Below are positions 52,663 to 56,711 of a DNA stretch of 56,711 bases, piece after piece. The DNA is from a virus. Lineage: Duplodnaviria > Caudoviricetes. The notes under the pieces are model-generated. The model searched no databases. It was not told the origin of the DNA and worked only from the letters and a program-made list of their open reading frames with translations. Numbering within the stretch: the first letter of the stretch is position 1; the number at the start of each line of letters is the position of its first letter. Position numbers and translations under genes: made by a program. The stretch lies in the IMG/VR virus record IMGVR_UViG_3300024259_000040, positions 1 through 56,711 of that record; one strand, written 5' to 3'.

Positions 52663-52827
52663 ATGCACGACGCCAAGGACCATATCGACCACCCCTGCCC
52701 CAACTGCGGCAAGGACGGCCTGCACTGGCTCATGGGCGAGATCCACTGCGACGCCTGTGACTGTTCGTGGACGATAGCCGAATTTCGCAAAGAACCCGAC
52801 ATGGACGATTTACCGGAGATCATCTGA
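52663..52827 (+). CDS. Small Zn-ribbon protein
   Basis: CPNC...CDAC. Confidence 0.6.
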   Translation: MHDAKDHIDHPCPNCGKDGLHWLMGEIHCDACDCSWTIAEFRKEPDMDDLPEII

Positions 52828-53006
52828 TGCACACCACCTACGACCTGCACGACATGCGGCGGGACATCGCCGGCGGGATCACGCGCCTGGCTGAGTATCC
52901 GCCCGAAGCGCGGTCGGCCTATTCGAGCTGGCGTCTGCGGGATTACCTGCGGCGCCAGCGCGACGAGGATCGGCAGCAGAAAGAGATGAGCAATGCCACT
53001 CAATAA
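52827..53006 (+). CDS. Hypothetical protein
   Basis: TGATG coupling. Confidence 0.5.
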   Translation: MHTTYDLHDMRRDIAGGITRLAEYPPEARSAYSSWRLRDYLRRQRDEDRQQKEMSNATQ

Positions 53007-53805
53007 TAAGTCGATTCTCGCAGCTCCCGATAGCACCGTCTTCGTCGAGTACAGCTTCCCCGGCCCCCGTCCACCAAAGCCGGACGAACATGGCGCGCTG
53101 GAATGGTTTTATGGCGTCCAGCAGTGGGATGGACAGGCGTATGGCCAGAAGGAATCGCTCTACGCTTACGCCGCTCTGCACGATACGATACAGGCCGCTG
53201 GCTGCGGTAAGGGCATCCAGGCCGCTATCAAGAAGGTCGGCCAGGGACAGGGAAGCCATTGGGAGGTGACGGTCAACAATCAGACGTTCGACAGTAACGC
53301 GGTCGCTCATCCCGACCACAGTCACGAAGCGCCGGCCAGCACCCCGCCGCCCAACGGCAACCAGCAAGCACCCCCGCAAGGGCCACCGCAGAACGCCGCC
53401 GCGCCGCCGCCTATGGGCGGACCGCCGCAAGGCGCACCACAGGGGCCACCACCGGCCAACGGTCACCAGGGGCCGCCCCAGGCCGCGCCAGCGCAGGCCG
53501 GTAATCCGACGCGCGACCAGGTCGCCGCCGCGATGAGTTGGTGCGTCTGCACGGCCTACCAGATATGGGACGCTTCCGGTGCCACCTATGACAGCGCCAA
53601 CGTCCAGGGCAGCGCCAACACGCTTTTTATCTCCCTGAAGGATCTGCGCCTCCTCGACCAGCCGGTCGCCGCGCCGACAGCGCCGGCGAACAATCCCGCA
53701 CCAGCGCCCACGCCGCCGCCCACGCCGCAGCCGGCCAATGGCCCGCCGCCGCAGCAGGCGCCGCCCGTTGGCAGTTACTCAGACGAGGATCTTCCGTTCA
53801 GTTGA
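52993..53805 (+). CDS. Putative ssDNA-binding protein
   Basis: Pro/Gln-rich linkers and an acidic-aromatic tail DEDLPFS; early region. Confidence 0.55.
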   Translation: MPLNNKSILAAPDSTVFVEYSFPGPRPPKPDEHGALEWFYGVQQWDGQAYGQKESLYAYAALHDTIQAAGCGKGIQAAIKKVGQGQGSHWEVTVNNQTFDSNAVAHPDHSHEAPASTPPPNGNQQAPPQGPPQNAAAPPPMGGPPQGAPQGPPPANGHQGPPQAAPAQAGNPTRDQVAAAMSWCVCTAYQIWDASGATYDSANVQGSANTLFISLKDLRLLDQPVAAPTAPANNPAPAPTPPPTPQPANGPPPQQAPPVGSYSDEDLPFS

Positions 53806-54107
53806 GATAGCACCACCCAACGGGGGAGCTACGGCCTTGAGGCGGTCGCTCCCCGAACGAACTAAACGGTTTTAAAGGAATTCGGATGCGCCGCGTCGAA
53901 AACCACATCACGCTTGACAATCGGCACCACGGCCTGAGAGCGTCGCCGGGGGAACGGCGGCAGCCATGACCAGGGCAGAGATTGACAGGGAAAGAGCATG
54001 TCCAAAAATGGGGGGAGATGCTTTACTCGCCGACGCGGCGCATCCGAAAAAGGACAAAAACCATGCAGATGAAGAATAAGAACCTCCGACTCAAGCGTCA
54101 GATCGCC

Positions 54108-55313
54108 ATGACCACGGAGGAGCAAATCGACCGAGGCGAGGAGCGGAGCGATGACGGGCAACGCCCGGAGGAGGAGAACGATGGACAAGAGACTGAAGTG
54201 GATAGAGCGAGTGCAATTAGTGCAATCGGTAGCTTGGAGGCACTGCCCACTCGCCCTTCGGACGACTCCAACGACACCCATAACTGCTATATATGCTCGG
54301 GTAAAGATGGAGTATGCGCAGTCTGCGGTCAGCATACGGACGACGAGCAGACCGAGGAGACGGCGACGGAGGCGATGGAGATGCTGGACGATGATGTATG
54401 CCCGAATTGTCGTTGCGGAGTGTGCCAATGCTTAGAGGACGCGCCTATCACTTGCCCTGATTGTGGTCATACGGCGTGGTCAATCGAATGGTGGTGTCCA
54501 GAATGTGGCTGCTGGAAAGAACATGGGAGTTTACCCGACGCACCGCCCACTCGCCCATCGGACTCCGCGCAGACCGAGGAGACGGCGACGGAGGCGATGG
54601 AGATGCTGGACGATGCGCCAGCGGCGGCGGAACCGATGCGGATTGGCGAGAAGTCATGGGTGTCGAGCGATTTAATGGCAGCGCTGAACGATCACGCAGA
54701 CCATCTCCAGCGACTCGACAGCGATGTCCGGTTCATCCGCGATCAGATGGCGTTCGGCAGCAAGGTGACGCAAATCCAGCAGCAGAGCGGCAAATTAGAA
54801 ACGCAACTGCGTAATATTGTCGCTGGTCGGACACTCAACCCCGACGATCTGGACCACGACACCCACGCTGAGAAGCACCGCGAGATACAGCGGCAGATCG
54901 ACAAGTTGGATACAGCTATAACAGAGGTTGATAAGCGCCGAGGGAATGTCACGTCAAGTCTCCAAGAGCAGATCGACACTGCAAAGCAAGCGACAATTGA
55001 TGTGCATATTGCTGCTGAGAAGCAGATCGACACTATCTCTGCCGGTATGGATCGCCAGGTCCACACGAATGATCGGGTGGAAGCACGGATCTTCGAGGTG
55101 CAGCAGCAAATCGACACGCTCCAGCAGACCATCAACGTCCACTACCCCGATTGCCTCGCGGAGATATCGGAGCGGATGGATGTTCACCGCCAACGACTGA
55201 ACGAAGCCTACGACGCCATCGAGAAGCTGGAGCAGCGGCTGTCACCGGAGAAGATCGACCACATCAATCAAGCGGGCGATGCTACACCGCCGTCGCCAAC
55301 GGAGGAGGAGTGA
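54108..55313 (+). CDS. Hypothetical protein with Zn ribbons and a coiled coil (start uncertain; frame open from 53982)
   Basis: Six CxxC pairs; repeated Q(Q/R)QID(T/K) heptads. Confidence 0.6.
   Translation: MTTEEQIDRGEERSDDGQRPEEENDGQETEVDRASAISAIGSLEALPTRPSDDSNDTHNCYICSGKDGVCAVCGQHTDDEQTEETATEAMEMLDDDVCPNCRCGVCQCLEDAPITCPDCGHTAWSIEWWCPECGCWKEHGSLPDAPPTRPSDSAQTEETATEAMEMLDDAPAAAEPMRIGEKSWVSSDLMAALNDHADHLQRLDSDVRFIRDQMAFGSKVTQIQQQSGKLETQLRNIVAGRTLNPDDLDHDTHAEKHREIQRQIDKLDTAITEVDKRRGNVTSSLQEQIDTAKQATIDVHIAAEKQIDTISAGMDRQVHTNDRVEARIFEVQQQIDTLQQTINVHYPDCLAEISERMDVHRQRLNEAYDAIEKLEQRLSPEKIDHINQAGDATPPSPTEEE
54347..54615. repeat. 47-bp exact direct repeat (54347-54393 and 54569-54615), QTEETATEAMEMLDD
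   Basis: Directly visible. Confidence 0.9.
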
Positions 55314-55489
55314 TGGCAATATCAGTCTTTACCGGCACGGAGGAAGCGGAGGAGGAACGCTGGTGGCATGATGACCTCGACGACCAGCAACGGCTGTATG
55401 TTTTGCGGGTTATGTGCAAAACTCGACCCATACCGCAAGGGATTGAATTTTACCGCGCGGCGAAGCGAATGTTAAAGGAGGAGGAGTAG
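55313..55489 (+). CDS. Hypothetical protein
   Basis: GGAGG SD, TGATG coupling. Confidence 0.55.
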   Translation: MAISVFTGTEEAEEERWWHDDLDDQQRLYVLRVMCKTRPIPQGIEFYRAAKRMLKEEE

Positions 55490-55490
55490 C

Positions 55491-55694
55491 ATGACCATCA
55501 TACTACCAGATCCAAAGAAATGCTCTAAGTGTGGGTCTACTAACTCACGCAAATTTCACGATGAGTTTGTTGAAGGTGTCGAGTGTAAGGATTGTTTACA
55601 CCGAGCGGCATTGCGTGTGCGTAAAACGGGAAAAGACTACACTCAACCTGAAAGCAAATCGTGGATATACTCAGATGCAGACCGGACTTTTTAG
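55491..55694 (+). CDS. Small Zn-ribbon protein (AT-richer)
   Basis: CSKC...CKDC; GGAG SD. Confidence 0.6.
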   Translation: MTIILPDPKKCSKCGSTNSRKFHDEFVEGVECKDCLHRAALRVRKTGKDYTQPESKSWIYSDADRTF

Positions 55695-55793
55695 AGGGGG
55701 AGTAGCATGGATATACTCGATGCTGCAGGACGGCGCGGTCGAGCGCAAGGACGCCGTCGAGAAGATTCGCGAATTCATGCTCAAGGAGGATCT

Positions 55794-56219
55794 ATGGCGC
55801 GCTCCCACGTCGCTCAGAGCGGCATAGGCCGCCGCAGCCAGACGCTCGTTATCGAGGGCGGCCTGCCGACGCTGAACGAGTATATCAACGCCGAGCGGAC
55901 GAACAGGCACAAGGCCGCCAAGCTCAAGAAGGCGACCGAGGTAGTTATTCAGGTATTCATCAAGAAGTCGAAGCTGAAGCCCATCCAGTCCTACCCGGTC
56001 GATATGGCGTATTTCTGGTATTGCCGCGATCGGCGCACCGATAAATCGAATATCAGCTCAATCGGGATCAAGTTCATTGAAGATTCCCTACAGAAGGCCA
56101 AGATACTACGGAATGATGGGTGGAAAGAAATCAACGAGATGACAAATAGCTACCTGGTCGATAAGAAGAAGCCCCGCATCGAGGTGGTGCTGATCGAGCG
56201 GGGGACAGGAGCCGCATGA
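55794..56219 (+). CDS. rusA: RusA-like Holliday junction resolvase
   Basis: AGGAGG SD; LPTLNEYI...RRTDKSN...KFIEDSL...RNDG...PRIEV. Confidence 0.8.
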   Translation: MARSHVAQSGIGRRSQTLVIEGGLPTLNEYINAERTNRHKAAKLKKATEVVIQVFIKKSKLKPIQSYPVDMAYFWYCRDRRTDKSNISSIGIKFIEDSLQKAKILRNDGWKEINEMTNSYLVDKKKPRIEVVLIERGTGAA

Positions 56220-56711
56220 TCGCCTATTACAACGAGATAGATCCGTTCGCCGCACAGTGGATACGGAATCTGATGGACGCGGGGGAGATAGCCCCAGGAG
56301 AAGTGGATGAACGATCAATTGTCGATGTTCGACCGGACGACCTCAGAGGATACGCCCAATGTCATTTCTTCGCGGGAGTTGCCGGCTGGTCCCGCGCCCT
56401 CCGACTCGCCGGATGGGACGACGAGCGGCCCGTCTGGACCGGCTCCTGTCCCTGCCAGCCCTTCTCGGTCGCAGGGAAGCGAGAAGGCACAGCCGACGAG
56501 CGCCACCTCTGGCCCGCTTTCTTCGATCTCATCCGACAGTGCCGTCCTGTCGCAGTCTTTGGCGAGCAGGTTGGGGGCAAGGATGGTATCGACTGGCTCG
56601 ACGCTGTACACGCTGACTTGGAAGGTGCAGACTACCGCGTCGGGGCGACGGTTTTACCGGCTTGCAGCGTCGGGGCGCCGCACAAGCGCGAGCGAATATG
56701 GTTCGTGGCCG
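56216..56711 (+). CDS. C5-cytosine DNA methyltransferase, N-terminal part (joins 1-674 across the origin; about 372 aa in total)
   Basis: ATG overlaps the RusA stop (ATGA). Translation MIAYYNEIDPFAAQW...HFFAGVAGW (motif I), GSCPCQPFS (catalytic motif IV), FGEQV (motif VI), GAPHKRERIWFV (motif VIII). Confidence 0.9.
   Translation, partial: MIAYYNEIDPFAAQWIRNLMDAGEIAPGEVDERSIVDVRPDDLRGYAQCHFFAGVAGWSRALRLAGWDDERPVWTGSCPCQPFSVAGKREGTADERHLWPAFFDLIRQCRPVAVFGEQVGGKDGIDWLDAVHADLEGADYRVGATVLPACSVGAPHKRERIWFVA
56307..56711 (+). CDS. Overprinted ORF inside the MTase gene, N-terminal part (putative beta subunit; joins 1-636; about 329 aa)
   Basis: AGGAG Shine-Dalgarno 6 nt before ATG 56307; frame stays open through the junction: MNDQLSMFD...GSTLYTLTWKVQTTASGRRFYRLAASGRRTSASEYGSWP. 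Confidence 0.7.
   Translation, partial: MNDQLSMFDRTTSEDTPNVISSRELPAGPAPSDSPDGTTSGPSGPAPVPASPSRSQGSEKAQPTSATSGPLSSISSDSAVLSQSLASRLGARMVSTGSTLYTLTWKVQTTASGRRFYRLAASGRRTSASEYGSWP
56662..56711. repeat. Terminal overlap, right copy
   Basis: Identical to 2-51. Confidence 0.95.

Noticed and set aside
54347-54615. Direct repeats as a CRISPR mini-array or DGR template/variable repeat
   Set aside because: Only two identical in-frame copies, no adenine-specific mismatches, and no reverse transcriptase or cas genes seen
1-56711. tRNA, rRNA, CRISPR arrays, IS elements, glycosyltransferases, DNA polymerase
   Set aside because: None recognised by eye; tRNAscan and HMM searches would be needed to exclude them formally

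Overview
This window looks like a complete, circularly permuted temperate phage genome of about 56.66 kb, with a 50-bp exact terminal overlap (2-51 = 56662-56711). It is GC-rich and almost entirely + strand. The virion is probably podovirus-like: P22-type portal, scaffold, N4-gp56/DUF4043-type capsid, adaptor and nozzle, three large ejection-type proteins (one a 3276-aa polyvalent protein with an adenine-MTase domain) and a tail fibre with an S74 chaperone. Other modules are a tyrosine integrase with a putative attP, a CI/Cro switch, an iteron-containing replication initiator with helicase loader, RusA, an M15 endolysin, a candidate unimolecular spanin and a FliA/WhiG-like sigma factor. Four observations stand out. 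(1) Three probable virion-surface proteins (tail fibre, capsid-adjacent protein, LamG-like protein) carry cleavable Sec signal peptides and are strongly enriched in the D-(S/T)-(A/L/V/I/M/T) O-glycosylation sequon of Bacteroidota. This suggests export to the periplasm, glycosylation by the host and later assembly onto particles. (2) The terminase intein has its HNH homing endonuclease overprinted in a different reading frame. (3) The C5 DNA methyltransferase is split between two overlapping reading frames across the origin. (4) A pseudoknot-like structured RNA with an anti-Shine-Dalgarno loop lies upstream of the portal. All family assignments come from recognising motifs by eye; no searches were run.
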